Positions 13,545 to 27,253 of a stretch of 64,000 nt of DNA are shown here, piece by piece. The position numbers were made by a program, and so were the translations under genes. This DNA is from the human T2T-CHM13v2.0 reference genome, Homo sapiens: assembly GCF_009914755.1 (NCBI RefSeq), contig NC_060926.1; one strand, 5' to 3'. The notes beneath the pieces are model-generated. The model had not been told where the DNA came from, did not search any database, and was given only the letters and a program-made list of their open reading frames with translations. Positions within the stretch are counted from its first letter, which is position 1, and every line of letters starts with the position of its first letter.

Positions 13545-16183
13545 CCCCTGGTGCATGCAGTGGTGTGGAAAGAGTCAATGGGGCAGGCGGGCAGGGGATA
13601 TGTCTCTCCTGTGAGCAATGTGATATAAAATGGGAGGAAGGATCTGACTGTGACAGTTTGGATCTTGGGTAGGTCCCATTGTATAGGATATGCAACTCTA
13701 GGAAAGCATAACAACCCTAACAATGTAGAGATATGTCTAGAATGAATATGGATGAATGCCATTCTTCTTGGCTCCCTCCCAGCTAATCTAAAAAAGGAAA
13801 CGTTACCCTTTCCTACAAGCACTGATGAGCAGACAGCCTACAAATAAAACATAGTCTTGAGCCAGTTCAAGAGTGGTCTGGTATCTGCGGTTTCCAGGAT
13901 AACTGTTCAAGAATGTTCATAGCAAGTGTTGGAATCTACCCTCCCCTGGCACCTGGTGAGTGAGCCCCATAAGAGCGCTCTGTCCAAGGGCCTCATAGGG
14001 AAAATAATGTGGGTCTCTATATTTAGATTCAAGAGCCCAGTGCAGGTAAGAGGAAAGTGGGAAACAATTTATTCCTCAGGCAGTGAATATAAAATTCCTG
14101 GTGACCAATTGTTCAATCTGGTATATATCCCATCATAATCATCTCACATATGCCAGATTAACCAGAAGGATTTATTAAGGGAAGACTTTTCTAGGATAAT
14201 TATATAGAAAGAACAAAAACTAACTTTGCACTATGTTTTTCTGAATGGTGTTAACAAAAGCTCTTCCCACAGTCTTCCTCATCATGTGGAATGAGGTCCT
14301 ATCAGGACTTCCAGTTTTTCGTCAACTACCAAGTGAGATCTGAGTGTCCCCTGGGCCTGTAAGTGGTGCAGCCACAGCCATGAGTTCACAATTCGAGTGG
14401 AAATTCTCTATGTAAGAAGAGCACGAACTGGATCCACAGCTTTACTGTCTCATGGTCACCATTACCCATGACTGGCATTTTCCTGAGCTTTCATGTAAAG
14501 ACGATCACAGCTCAGAGATGTCAATCTACCACACAGCTGATCATGAAAACAGGGAAACAATCCAACTATTTGTTTGTCAATGATATGCTCAAGATTGAGT
14601 TGAACAGCTCTTGAAAGATTGTGCCTACATCAGATCCCTTCACAAGGACACGCACTGTCCTGGAGAGAAAACATCTGGGGAGAGCCAACGTAATAGATTG
14701 CAGTACTATGTAATCTCGGGTAATTTAACCCAAAGTCATGCTTACTTGGTAAAAAACACAAACAAATGCAGTTCTAAGTATGATCCCACAAGAAAGCTTG
14801 GTCTGCATATCTTTTGGGAAATCTACCAAAATAAGACTTTTTAACAAGATTGGAAAAAGTAATTGAGTAAAAATGATCTTAAATGTCGAACTCCATGTTA
14901 ATATTCTGAGTTGATGACCACAAATTATCATGAGGAGGTAGGAGTACAATAAAAGTCTTATATTCCAGTCTTTAAAATATTTATTATTTTCTTTTATTTA
15001 ATTTTGTAAGTTTTGTGTATTTAACTTTTTTATCCCATGATGTTGACCAATTCAATGCAGGTTCTTAGTCTTGAAAATTTCAGACTCTTAATTAATCATG
15101 CTAGTGAAAGGATTCAGAAATATTGGTAGGTGGAAAGAAAAAATAATAAATGCAAACTAAACTTAACATACTAACAAAAAAGAACACTATTGAATGCATT
15201 ATGTCTGGTTTTAAAGGATTACTCTGAAAGTATGTTAAATGAAGGATCAGTTCTATCTACCATCTAATATGGATGCTTGAATTGAGAGAAAATGACAAAT
15301 GATAAAAAATCTTTCGTGCTTTCTTTTGCAAGGCAATTCAAGAATATGTTATTTTTACAAAATATTCTTTAATATTTTTGAATTTCAGAGAGTATTGCTA
15401 TTCGCTATGAAAATTAACAACAAAGCTTTAAGGAGTCTGCCATTGTATTTGGTAATTTACTTCAGAATCTGTTGCCCTTACGTATTCAGAAAATGTAAAA
15501 TCTTATAAAAATTATTTGGTGCAAAAAAAAGTTTTGAAGCTACCCTATACTACCTATGTACTTAAATAATAATATTTCTAATTCCAAATAGAAATCTCTG
15601 TCTCCCAAACATTAACACATTATGCCAAGGCTTTGATAACAATGGATGAAGCTGGTGGCTCCACAGTGGACACAGGTAAGAAGGTGTAAGAACAGTCTCC
15701 ATTTGATCCAGGTGGGAAGCAGGCCTCTGTGTGTCTCTAATCTGAACCATGGTCATCTGAATGAGGAAGGACTGATACAGGTGGATCTTACTGTAGTTGT
15801 GTCTCCTTTGCCTGATGCTGTGAGATCGGAGCCCATAAAATTGGAAGTAAGTGTATTACTTGTATGACATGGGAAGATAATCATGGAAATGGAAGTGTTT
15901 GTGTCCTTGGAAGTCAGTGTTTGTGGGGTTGGATGGAGAGTGTGATCCTGTTGTTTGTACATCATTTGAGGACTTTGGAGCCTGGGCAAAGAAAAAGAGA
16001 TGTCCACAGGATGGCAGTAGCACACACAACTTTTATTGGGTGAAGCTTTGACAGGTTTGCCGGTAGTTCCTGAGAGCAGGAGTCTGTCTATAGGCCAAGG
16101 GGCCAAGGTTGTTATTCAGAAGGGGGGGAGGAAGAAATTTGCTGTATAAGGGGCTTATGTGTCTAGGTGTTGTCACACAGCAG

Positions 16184-16772
16184 TGTTGGGGTGATCAGAC
16201 CCAACACCAGGTCATGGGGATGACCAAGTCTGGTGGAGTCAAAGGATTGAGAAAAGACAGTTTGAGAAGTAAAGTGGGACCAGGGGGCCATCGTGATCAT
16301 GGAGGCTGCGAAGGCCCCGAGCTCTGGGAGCCCAGTGCTATTTATTGGTTATCCAACAAAGAAAAAGGTGGTGAGAATGTGGAGGTCAAAAGGGCACGTT
16401 GCATTAGGCACAAGATTTATAGCTGTGATGGTTTAGCATTCGCTCTGCTACTTGAGATAATGGAGAGCAGGTTCCTTTAACTCAAGATACAATCGAACCT
16501 GGGAGAGCAAGGAGCAAGGAGCCAGCAAGTGTAGACACATTCCAGAGCCATGAACCCTGGATTCTATCCAAGCCACGAGGGATTTTATGCCCTGGGCTTA
16601 GATTACAGTGTGTCAGGGTAGCCTTCCACCCTTTATAGCACAGAGCTTGGTGTTCCAAACGCCACAATGGGTTTTAGACCCTGGACCCCAGACATGTTCC
16701 AAGACTGTTTTACATTATGTCAGACATGCAAGCCCTGCCTCAGCTTCTCCCAACACTCAGCTTTTCCCAATA
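16184..16772 (-). mobile_element. ERVK-class solo LTR (LTR14-like), nested in an older LTR
   Basis: 589 bp, TG...TA ends (CA mutated), exact 6-bp TSD CAGCAG at 16178-16183 and 16773-16778; absent from the paralogous block near 28400. Confidence 0.75.
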
Positions 16773-18545
16773 CAGCAGCACAGTGGGGAGTCTCTAGGTC
16801 AGAGAGAACCAGAGGGAAATATTAGTCTGGGGTTTTCATAACCTGGGGCTTACCTATTTCTAGCAGATGTGAGCAAGGTTCTCTGAGATACATAATGTAA
16901 GCATTCTTTACATGGCAAAAAATCTGCTTTGGGGGGCTGTTTTTGAAATGATAGGATTGTAAAGTTTGAGTTTGGCACAGGCCATAGAGAAATAAGCTGC
17001 AATTTGGAAACAAACAACATATGGGCAGTTCACACAAGACACCTTTGGCTCACTTATACATCATTGTTGCACATTTTGTAGACTTTGTTCTAAAGACTAT
17101 ATTAGTGCAGATAGACAAAATCCACACTGCTATGGATGAGACTGAAGACACGCTGCAGTCTTTTCCCCACCTGGACCTCAATGGAGGTTTTTAAATGTTT
17201 TATTAAAGTTGAAAGTTTGTCCTTGGTGAGAACTGAGACCAAGCCACCCACAGAGGGAGCTTCACTTTGTGAAGCTGCAGGTCCTCTGCGCTGGATTTCT
17301 GGCTTCCAGGGCACGTGAGATTGAAGTTGTCTGCATTATCTCATCGACTGAAAATTGTGACCAACTGGAGCACAGATTCATGGATAAATATCCAGGTACA
17401 CAGAGAACACAGGGAATGAGGGCTCTGTGGATAGGTATCTTCTGCTTCTGAGAATCTCTCTAAACACTGGGAGACACAGGGATATTTACATATTTGACCT
17501 TTCTGAATCTTCAGACCCTGTTCTTGATCAGCCTAATCTGAGCCTGTTTCCAAATGTTTCAATTGATTGTCCTCTTTCTTAGAAAAAAACAGAAAAAAAA
17601 TGATATAAAGTATACACTGAGATATGAGATTAGCTAGTGGAGTCCTGTGCTTCCAGGGATGCTTTTCCTCCGTGCATGTTCATCTTTCTGTGGGGCCCAT
17701 CTCACCCCCATCAGACTGCACAAAGTGAGGCAGTGATTTTGTTGCATCCCTAAGCATTCTGTGTCCCTTACATTCTTTATTCCCTCTAAGATTCCTTCTC
17801 AGTTCTGACCCTTAAAGAAAGGGACCTCTGTCCCTGAAATAAGGTCTCCAAAAAACCACAGCTTCCCTGGGTGTTTATAAGGTTTTTACATTGTTGAGCT
17901 GCTATTCTGACCACTATTAAGAATTAATTTCTATTCCAAGCAAATTACCTTTATTAAATCTCAAAACCACATGCCAGCTATAAAAGCTTGCTCTTTTTTG
18001 GAAGCATACTCAAGAATATAATTTCCCAGTAAATATTTCCTTTAATTTAACAAGTTAATCAGCAGGTTTCTTCTTTTTCTTTTGTCTTAGATAATTTTGG
18101 TGCAGTCGAGCTCCCCAGTAAGTTGTTTAATATAAATTCCCATAATTGGGTTTAAATTTCTTCTAGGGCTGCTATATTCCATCCTACGCAAGAATCAAAT
18201 AATCTTTGAGTTTTGGAGTTCACTAGTTTCCAAAGCAAGAATAGGAAACATGTGTAAGAGCTGCCTAAATAAGTAACTAACAAGTCATCCTAGCCTCCAG
18301 CTATTTGTAAACTTTGTGATTTCATCAGACGACTGTTCTAGGGAAAACAAAATTATTTATTTTATTCTATTCTATTTAATTGTCATTTACTACTAATATT
18401 TCATTTTTTGGTTGGCATAAGGGTAATTTTAGAAGAGCTAACATGTACATTTCTAAAATTACTAAAAGGTGAGGCCAATTGTCCTTCAAGGAGCACTTAA
18501 ACTTTGGATTATTCTCTCTCGGCCAAGAAAAGCCAAGATAGATGT

Positions 18546-18912
18546 TGACATGGTTTGGATATTTATCCCACTCAAATCTCATGTTGAAATATAATTCCCA
18601 ATGTTGAAGATGGGGCCTGGTGGGAGGTTTGGGGGTCATGGGGGTGCATCCCTCATGGTTTAGTACTGTCATGATGATGAGTACTTTGTGAGATCTGGTT
18701 GTTTAAACACATGTGGTACCTCACGCCACTCCCCACCTGCCTTGTTCCCACTTAAGCCATGGGATATGCCTGCTCCTGCTTCACCTTCTGTCATAAGTAA
18801 AACCTCCCTCAGGCCTCCCCAGAAGCCAAGCAGATGCCCACACCATGTGTGCACAGCCTGCAGAACTGTAAGCCAATTGAACACCTTTCCTTTATAAATT
18901 ACCCAGTCTCAC
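18546..18912 (+). mobile_element. MST-type MaLR solo LTR
   Basis: tgacatggtttggat...caaatctcatgttgaa...tttataaattacccagtctc. Confidence 0.8.
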
Positions 18913-19382
18913 ATTTCCCTGATTCCAAAAGTGAAGTTTATTACTATGCTACTGCTACCACATTAGAGGCAATTCACCATTTCCACCTGCTAGTGCAGAG
19001 CTTGTGTTATTATTTAAGACTAAGAATGGCCACTGAATAATTCATTCAGCCCGTGGCTCTTTCATGTTCTGTATTTTGGATTTGTGGTAACTTGGTATGG
19101 AATTAAATGGTTGAAAAAATACTTTTGTTAATTTTGGAAATCAACAGAAGTTATTTAGTTTGGTCTTTTATTCTTCCTTGGGATCTTAAAATAGCCTTAT
19201 TCAAAATCTGTAAAAGCCCTGGCCCCCATTCATACAGAAGAAGAGCCCGTGCCCCTTACTGAGGCCTCATGGCCTCCTTAACTCAAAGGCTCTCCAGCCA
19301 CCTCCACCTGAGTTTGGTGTGGATGCATCCTCTGGGCACCACAGCTGCTCCTGCCACACTGAGAGGCTGAGCCTTTTTGGAA

Positions 19383-19500
19383 GGTTTGTGTTTGGGGCCT
19401 TCACACTGTGCAGGGCCCCAGTGAGTGTCCTGCTCACAGGAGTCTGTGCACTGTCTCTAGGCTCCACACTGACAATTATGCAAGTGAAATCAATCCAATT
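19383..19500 (-). pseudogene. V-kappa relic B1: FR3-CDR3 remnant with intact 12-RSS
   Basis: DFTCIIVSVEPRDSA / SCEQDTHWGP followed by CACAGTG-TGAAGGCCCCAA-ACACAAACC. Confidence 0.75.
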
Positions 19501-21419
19501 TTGGTTAAATGTGTGCATGTGTATTCAACTTGTTTTGCTACAAAGCGGCCTGAGTTTTCTGGCTGTTCTGCTACCTGTATTTGTTAGGCATCTGCACACC
19601 GGCAGAAAGAATCAAGATGAGCTTTCATTGAGCCTTTCCTCTGGCAAGATGTGGCTCAGAGCCCACTGCATCCTCCTTTCTGCTGTTGTTCTGCCCTGCC
19701 GAGGCTCTTGCAGCTGAAGGGGACTTTAAATGTGTCACATATTCTTCCATTGTTAAATGTGAGATAATTTGTTTTGCTCTGCAGGAAAGCTTCATTCACT
19801 TGAAGAAGGAGATTAAAGATTTCTAAAGCAGGATGCTAATCTTTTGATCTTTGTGCAATTTTGTTATTAAACCTGTCTCTTTCTGAGAGTAAAAGAGGTA
19901 TAATTTGATTTAAAAGTTTCCAGCTTTAACATCTGTCAATGTAAGCCTTCCAAAGAAAATTCTGGCACTGCTCAAGTCAACTAAATATTTTCTTATGAAC
20001 CATCAGTTTTGCTCCATGTAATTTTCCAAATAATCCCCGCAATCCAAAACACACACACCTCTTAGAAGACAACTAAGGAGATATCCACGAGGCTTTTGTA
20101 TCATTATTTCTAAAGATGAGGAGTTAGAGACAATCTGGGTATCTATTACCAGGAACATAGGTTAAATGTAGTTGACATCTTGACTGGATCATCAGGCAGC
20201 AATGAGAAGTAATAGACAAGTTTCACCCTTAACAACACTGAAATATTTTAACTCATACATCTCAGTAGAAAAACAGTGAGCATAATGACATATTTCACAG
20301 GATGATATTTACATAAAATAAACATAATTGTGCACATACGATATGTATAACACATTGAATGGAAAATATACTAAAAATACAAAACAATAAGCAGAGAGAA
20401 ATGTTCACTTCTCTAGCCCCACACCAGCCTCTCCTTCTCCCCTGGCTTCTCCTAGCCTAGAGCTATCCATCAGCACAGGGAAGGAATATTATGTGCAGGC
20501 CCCAAGCACTCTGAGCTCAGGAACCAGCTTTTTGAGGAAGGCCTGGATATGCCAGGCATTCAGCTCCTGGCAACCTGGAAGCTATGGAAAATCATAGCAC
20601 CTCTTTCCAGGGAAAAGAAGCACCAAACTTCAGCCAGTTTGTTACCAGGCAACTGAGAAAGAGCCCTGGGGTATTTTCTGACAACCCGTGAATTATTTGG
20701 CCTCCACCCCCTTAAGAGAACCTAAGGAATAACAGTCCATTTCTAACCTTCTTCTCTGCCTCCTTCTATTAGATCCTAATTCAATCATGCACCAAGACAA
20801 GTCAAAGCCTTGGTGGGCATATCAATCCTGATGTGTGACATTTTATTCACTTTTTTATTCTGAAAGTAAGTATCTTCTTAAATTTTGCATCTATATTATA
20901 AATCAATGTAATATATGTATTTATACAGAAATAAATATAACTTTGTTGTTATAATGCATGACTTTAAATTGTGATAAATTGAGCAGGAACATTTAAAACC
21001 AGCAATGGGTGCACCACTCCATGGCTCCTTCCCCACTGCAGAGCCCGAGAGTGAGGAAACTCAGGCTTTACCTCCATGTCCCTGCAGGGCTGAGCACTGA
21101 CCTGCTCATTGCTGAGAACTTTGAGTGACCAGAGCGGGTCTGAGGAACACAGAGCAGCAGGTGCCAGGGAGACAGGCGGTGGAGCTAGGCGGTGGAGGAA
21201 CATTTGGTGCCCAGAGCTTCCTGTGGGCAGGTCCTTCCCATAGGGGATCCTGTCAGACAGAGCAGCACATGAGGTCAGTGGCTGTGTGGTCACAGGATGA
21301 AAGCCCTCCACAGCCTATTGGCAGCCTCCCCTCTGACTGGAGCCATGTGGGACCTATCGGCCCAGCTTTCACGACTCACACAGCTGCTGGAACCCTGTTC
21401 ACAATGGGGTTCCTTGATC

Positions 21420-21892
21420 AGCTTCACTGCTGATGGCCAGAGTGATATCTGTCCAGGCAGTTGAACCCTGACCCGGGCAGGTGTTGCATCCACAGAGAAC
21501 CAGGAGCCAACAGGAGCTCAGAGCTGGGCCTGTTTTCTGCGGGAGCCAAGCAAAAATAGAACGCTCTTAACACTCTGGCCGGCCCTACAGATGACAGTGG
21601 CCTTCTCTCTGGGGACATAGGAAAAGGGGTAAGAGATGGAGTGCACACAACATACCCACTGGCATCTATGTCGGAAACAAACATGAACATCCCCAAGTAT
21701 TAATACCAAACAAGTAGTTCATTCAGTTTGATGAAGTTCTGATCAGAAAGCAAAACAGGCTAACCACTTCATCTTCAAGGAGACATTCTAGTAGAAAATG
21801 CAGACAAATAGGATGAAGCCTGCATCTGCCTTCCTCACTAGAGAATCAGAACAGCAGGAGGAACAGGAACAAAGCTGGGTGCCCATGTCCAT
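21420..21892 (-). pseudogene. Highly degenerate V-kappa relic A2
   Basis: Leader ATGGACATGGGCACCCAG with GTGAG donor (21839-21892), acceptor at 21665, DASG L-part2, PREKATVICRAGQSVKS, FR3 remnant; frameshifted. Confidence 0.8.
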
Positions 21893-22556
21893 GGGGAGCC
21901 TCTGGAGGCCTATTCTGCTTGGAGCTGGCAAGGATGGTGTAGTAGTCCACTGGGACTCCAACACCAAAATGGATATGGCTGGACAACTTAAACTGCAGAA
22001 ATTAATTTTTATATTTCTGGTGGCTGGAAATTGCAAGATCAAAGTCCAACAAGGTTCACTTTCTGGTAAGGACCTTCTTCCTGGTTTGGAGATAGCCACC
22101 GTGGGTAGAAAGTTGAGTTAGGGGCAAGAGGGAGGAGAGAGAGAGAGAGAAAAGGAGAGCTCTCTGGTTTCTATTCTTATAAGAACATTAATTCTATTGG
22201 ATCATGGTCCCATCCTTTTGACCTCATTTAGCCTCAATTACCTCAATCATCTCCTACAGCTGCATAAGGGGAATAGGGCCAGGCTTGCATTCTCAGATCA
22301 CAGAGCAAAGAGGGGTTTCCCCACAAGACAGCACGCTGGAAGCTCCTCCTGGGTGCTCCAGGTCACACATGAGACCCCATTTCAGCCTTAGGGGCTCCAT
22401 GTTGATAAGCAGACATCATCACCCTTACAATGCAAGTAATATTTTTAGATCATGGCAATCTCTTTGGTTTATTGTGGGGTTTGTTTGCCATCTAGAGGCA
22501 GGTCTTTGACATAGCAACGCTCAGGATTTTTGACTTTGTGCTAGTGAAAATTAATT

Positions 22557-22608
22557 TTTTTTCTTTTTTTTATTATTATACTTTAAGTTTTAGGGTACAT
22601 GTGCACAT
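22557..22608 (-). mobile_element. 52-bp 5'-truncated young L1 insertion
   Basis: polyT + ttattatactttaagttttagggtacatgtgcaca, 12-bp TSD TGAAAATTAATT (22545-22556, 22609-22620). Confidence 0.88.
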
Positions 22609-24201
22609 TGAAAATTAATTATTAAACATAAATAATGAATTAAACTTAATACATTGATTGTTTAAGAAAAACCCAAAGGCCATCAAAGGGCTTAAAATGG
22701 GTATAAAGGGATAAAAAGACAGAGTCCTTCCAAAGGAGGACTGTCTGTCACAGATGAGTCTTTTTTTATCAAATGACTTTTTAGCAGTAATTCTCAATGG
22801 TAAATGACAACTTCAGGTAGACTGCCACAATATAATCACATATTCAAAAAAATTATTTCCAGGAATCATGTAAATACATTTTCAGATTAAAAACAACAAA
22901 AAGTGTGAGTTTCTCACAAGATTCACTTGGTGAAAAATTTCACAAACCTGTGCTTTACACAAAAGAACATTTATCCCTGGTGGAAAACTGGAGTTTTCTT
23001 TGGCCTTTAGAAGAAAACAGCTTTCCCTTCACTCTGCTCCACCTCATGCTGCTGAGGATGGCCGTGGGGGCAGAGACTGTGAGGAAGGAGGAGGGCTGTG
23101 CGCTGAGGGTGGTCGTGGTTCCTGCCCACCTGAGTGACCTCATGGAGCAGAGCCACCGACACCACCAAGGCCACCTGCCTGCCTCTACACTGCCATGGCA
23201 CAGACAGAGAAACCTTGTCACATTCAGTCCACCATATTTTGAAGCTTCTTTGTAATACATTTGATTATGCTCTGATTCTCTTTGTATCCCTTTCCGTATT
23301 TGGAATCATTTATTTTTCACCATTTTGACTTGAGAGTATCGCCCCTTGAGGTATCAGCACCATGTAGGCTGTATGTTTGTTTGGTTTTTAAAGGTGTCCA
23401 ACCACCTTGAGTGGTTTGGGCCTTTTCCCCTGTCTCACATCAAAGCAGAATCTTAGGTCACTAGGTGCTGTCAATCACTTGATGGCCAAAGATGGTGATG
23501 ACAGTGGTTAGTTCCTGCCCTTGCTACTTACGCTTGTCTTCTCTCCCTGCATTCTGTAATAACTTTTAAGCTCCATGATGAATTAATTAGCATTTTAAAC
23601 AGTGTATTAAGTGTCTTATGTTTCTTATTTTCACAGTTTCAGTCTGCTTGATTTCTATATAAATATTGCAATGTCTACTAAACCCAACAGAAATGGCGCT
23701 TCGGAATTTTAATTGCACTTGCCATGAAATCCATTATCTTAGAGTAGAAAATCATCTCAAATATACTTTAAACCTTAAATCTGAAGCAGGAGCTTCTTGT
23801 TCTGTTGCTTCAATCATTTTGTGTCTATCACACAATATTGTAATATGTAACTGACATAGCTCATCATTGAGCTTGATAGAATATTATAACACTAGAACAC
23901 TATTTTACATGGAATCTATTGAAATAATAAATTTTCTATGTTTTTACAACTAAAACATATGATCCAGATTCATTTTCTGGTAATGATGTTATCATAAGTA
24001 AATAATACATTTTTGTAACATTTGAAACCTTTTATTATGATGACATAGTACTAAATTTATCATCCCTAAAATAGTACTTAGAATAAATACTTTTACAATT
24101 AGAATTTGGTTGAGGAAAAAAAAAACCTCTCATATAATTCTGCATTTTTCCTGTGGCATATTTAGTAAACTCTGTGTTTTTCATCTTTCAGTTTATGCTG
24201 C

Positions 24202-24501
24202 TTTTTTTTTTTTTTTTTTTGACAGAATTTCGCCTTGTAGCCCAGGCTGGAGTGCAGTGGCACTATCTCCAGCTCACTGCAACCTCCACCTCCCAGGTTC
24301 AAGTGATTTTCCTGCATCGGCCTCCCAACTAGCCGGGATTACAGGTGTGTGCCACCACGCCCTGGCTAATTTTGTATTTTCAGTAGAGACCGGGTTTCAC
24401 CATGTTGGTCAGGCTGGTCTCGAACTCCTGACCTCAGGTGATCCATCCACCTCGGCCTCCCAAAGTGCTGGAATGACAGGCGTGAGCCACTGTACCCGGC
24501 C
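24202..24501 (-). mobile_element. Alu (AluS-like)
   Basis: polyT then reverse Alu ending cccggcc; TGCTGCTT duplication. Confidence 0.93.
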
Positions 24502-25160
24502 AGTGCTGCTTATTTCTGAAGCTCACTTTTGGAGTTGCAAGAACTCCCTCTTCACTGGGAAAAACGTAATTGAGGCAAATCAAAATCTTTTGGCATTAAG
24601 ATTTATATCTGCCATGGATTTACAAAGTCTAAGAATAGTCAGAAATCAAACATTTTTTTTCTAATTATTCTTATCCATACTCCCCCTGAGGACAGCTTGT
24701 ATAGAACACGTTCTCCCACATGACACTGGAAAGTGCAGTTTAGTGTGAGTAGTAAAGTGAAATAGAAAGTAAGGAAAGTGGGAAAATACCAAATTCGCAA
24801 TAATTCCAAATATTATCACCAAGTATTAATTTGTGTAAAATAAACCCCAAGCTGGTCATTTGCCACATGTATTCCACCTGTGTTGTCACTAAACTGCATC
24901 TATGTTCTGGCTGTTATGCTGATTGAGTGTACTCGGCAAACGTGGGCAAGACAGGCAGGGTGAGGATGAGCCTGGCAACTGATAAAGCTTTGACCATGTG
25001 GGACTGAGGTGCTGCTGAGACTCTCATGGGCCAGAGTCCTCAACAGCAAGCCCTGCCCCTGAGTTCTCCAACAGTCTCCTCTTCTGCAGACTCAGAGTCC
25101 CTGCTGAGCTACTCCCCAGACAAGCAGTGCAAGTGAGCAGCTGGGACACCCCAGCAGGGA

Positions 25161-25188
25161 GGTTTCTGTATTGGTCTGTACCACTGTG
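25161..25188 (-). other. 12-RSS of IGKV2-29
   Basis: CACAGTG-GTACAGACCAAT-ACAGAAACC. Confidence 0.95.
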
Positions 25189-25917
<729 letters not shown>

Positions 25918-25970
25918 GGTGAGAAGATGAACTGAGAAGTCCTGATCAGTCAAGGCAAGGTTAGAGCTGA

Positions 25971-26030
25971 GCTTTTATCTCAGGCTCACAAGGGAAGGTC
26001 CTCCCTAGGGGACAATATGCAAATCACCTG
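25971..26030 (-). promoter_or_regulatory. IGKV2-29 promoter (TATA-like, octamer, E-box)
   Basis: ATGCAAAT at 26017-26024 followed by CACCTG. Confidence 0.85.
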
Positions 26031-26966
26031 GTGGGTGCAGTGGTGTGGAAAGAGCCATTGGGTGGGGGGTGAAGGGGGTAGATATGTCTTCTCTGTGAGC
26101 AATGTGATATAAAGTGTCCCTTGGAGGAAACTAATAAAACCTAATTCATCATAGAGGAGGAAGAAGGACCTGAATTTGAAAGTTTCAATCTTGGGCAAGT
26201 AACGTTTTATAGGATGTCAGGGCTTCCAAATTCTTGTCAACTCTGAGGGTGAACCCTTGTCTCCCCCTGGCCTGTATGTGGCACAGCCACAGCCATGACA
26301 CCACAGTTCAAAATGAGATTCTCTATGTAGGAAGAGCAAGAACTGGATCCCTGGTTTTAAGTCTCAGGGTCAGCAGTACTATGGACGACATTTTCCTAGG
26401 TTTTTATTGAAAGATGATCACAGGTCAGGCATATGAATCTACCACACAACTCATCGTTACAATAGGAAAACAACTTGAGTATTCTTCATTTGTCAGTGAT
26501 GTGCTTAATATTGAATTTAGCTGCTCCTGAATAACGGTGCGTACATCAAATCACTTCACAGAGACTGCCACTGTCCTGAAAAAAACAACAAAAATCCTGG
26601 GAGCAATTAAAAGAATAGTTTCTAGTGCTATGTAATCTTCAGTGATTTAATACAACATCTGATTTACTTGGTAAAGAACACACACCCAGAAAAGCAAAAC
26701 AGAGCTCTAGGTGTTTTGCACACAAAGCTTGTCCTGATTATCTTCCGGGAAATGCACTGGCATATGATGTTTTAACAAAGTTGGTGAAAAAAATTGAGTA
26801 AAAATGATATTGACCTTAAAACGTTGAACGTCATGGCAGTAACCTAAATTGAGAATATCAAATTGTAGTGTGGAAGTAGGATTAGAATAAATGTATCATA
26901 TTTCACTATTTAAATTTTTATTTATTCTATTCTTTCATCACTTTTTGTAAATCTTATGTGTTTCAC

Positions 26967-27253
26967 TTTTTTTTTTTCTTGAGACAGTCTCTGTCTGTTA
27001 CTCAGGCTGGAGTGTAGTGGTGCAATCTCTGCTCACAGCAACCTCTGCCTCCTGGGTTCAAGCAGTTCTCATGTCTTTGGAGTAGATGGGACTACAGGCA
27101 TTCTCCACCATGCCCAACTAATTTCTGTATTTTTAGTAGAGACGAGGTTTCCACATGTCGGCCAGGCTTGTCTCGAACTCCTGGCCTCAAGCGATCCACC
27201 TGCCTTGGCCTCTGAAAGTGCTGGGATTACAGGAGTGAGCCACGGTGCCTGGC
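26967..27253 (-). mobile_element. Alu
   Basis: polyT and reverse Alu consensus with a small internal deletion. Confidence 0.9.

Noticed and set aside
15662-16790. Isolated CACAGTG heptamers (15662, 16780; similar heptamers near 39901, 40349, 62930)
   Set aside because: No nonamer at 12- or 23-nt spacing
24110-24664. 184-aa ORF, and similar ORFs at 11740, 28649, 42557 and 57455
   Set aside because: Alu-derived translations, not genes
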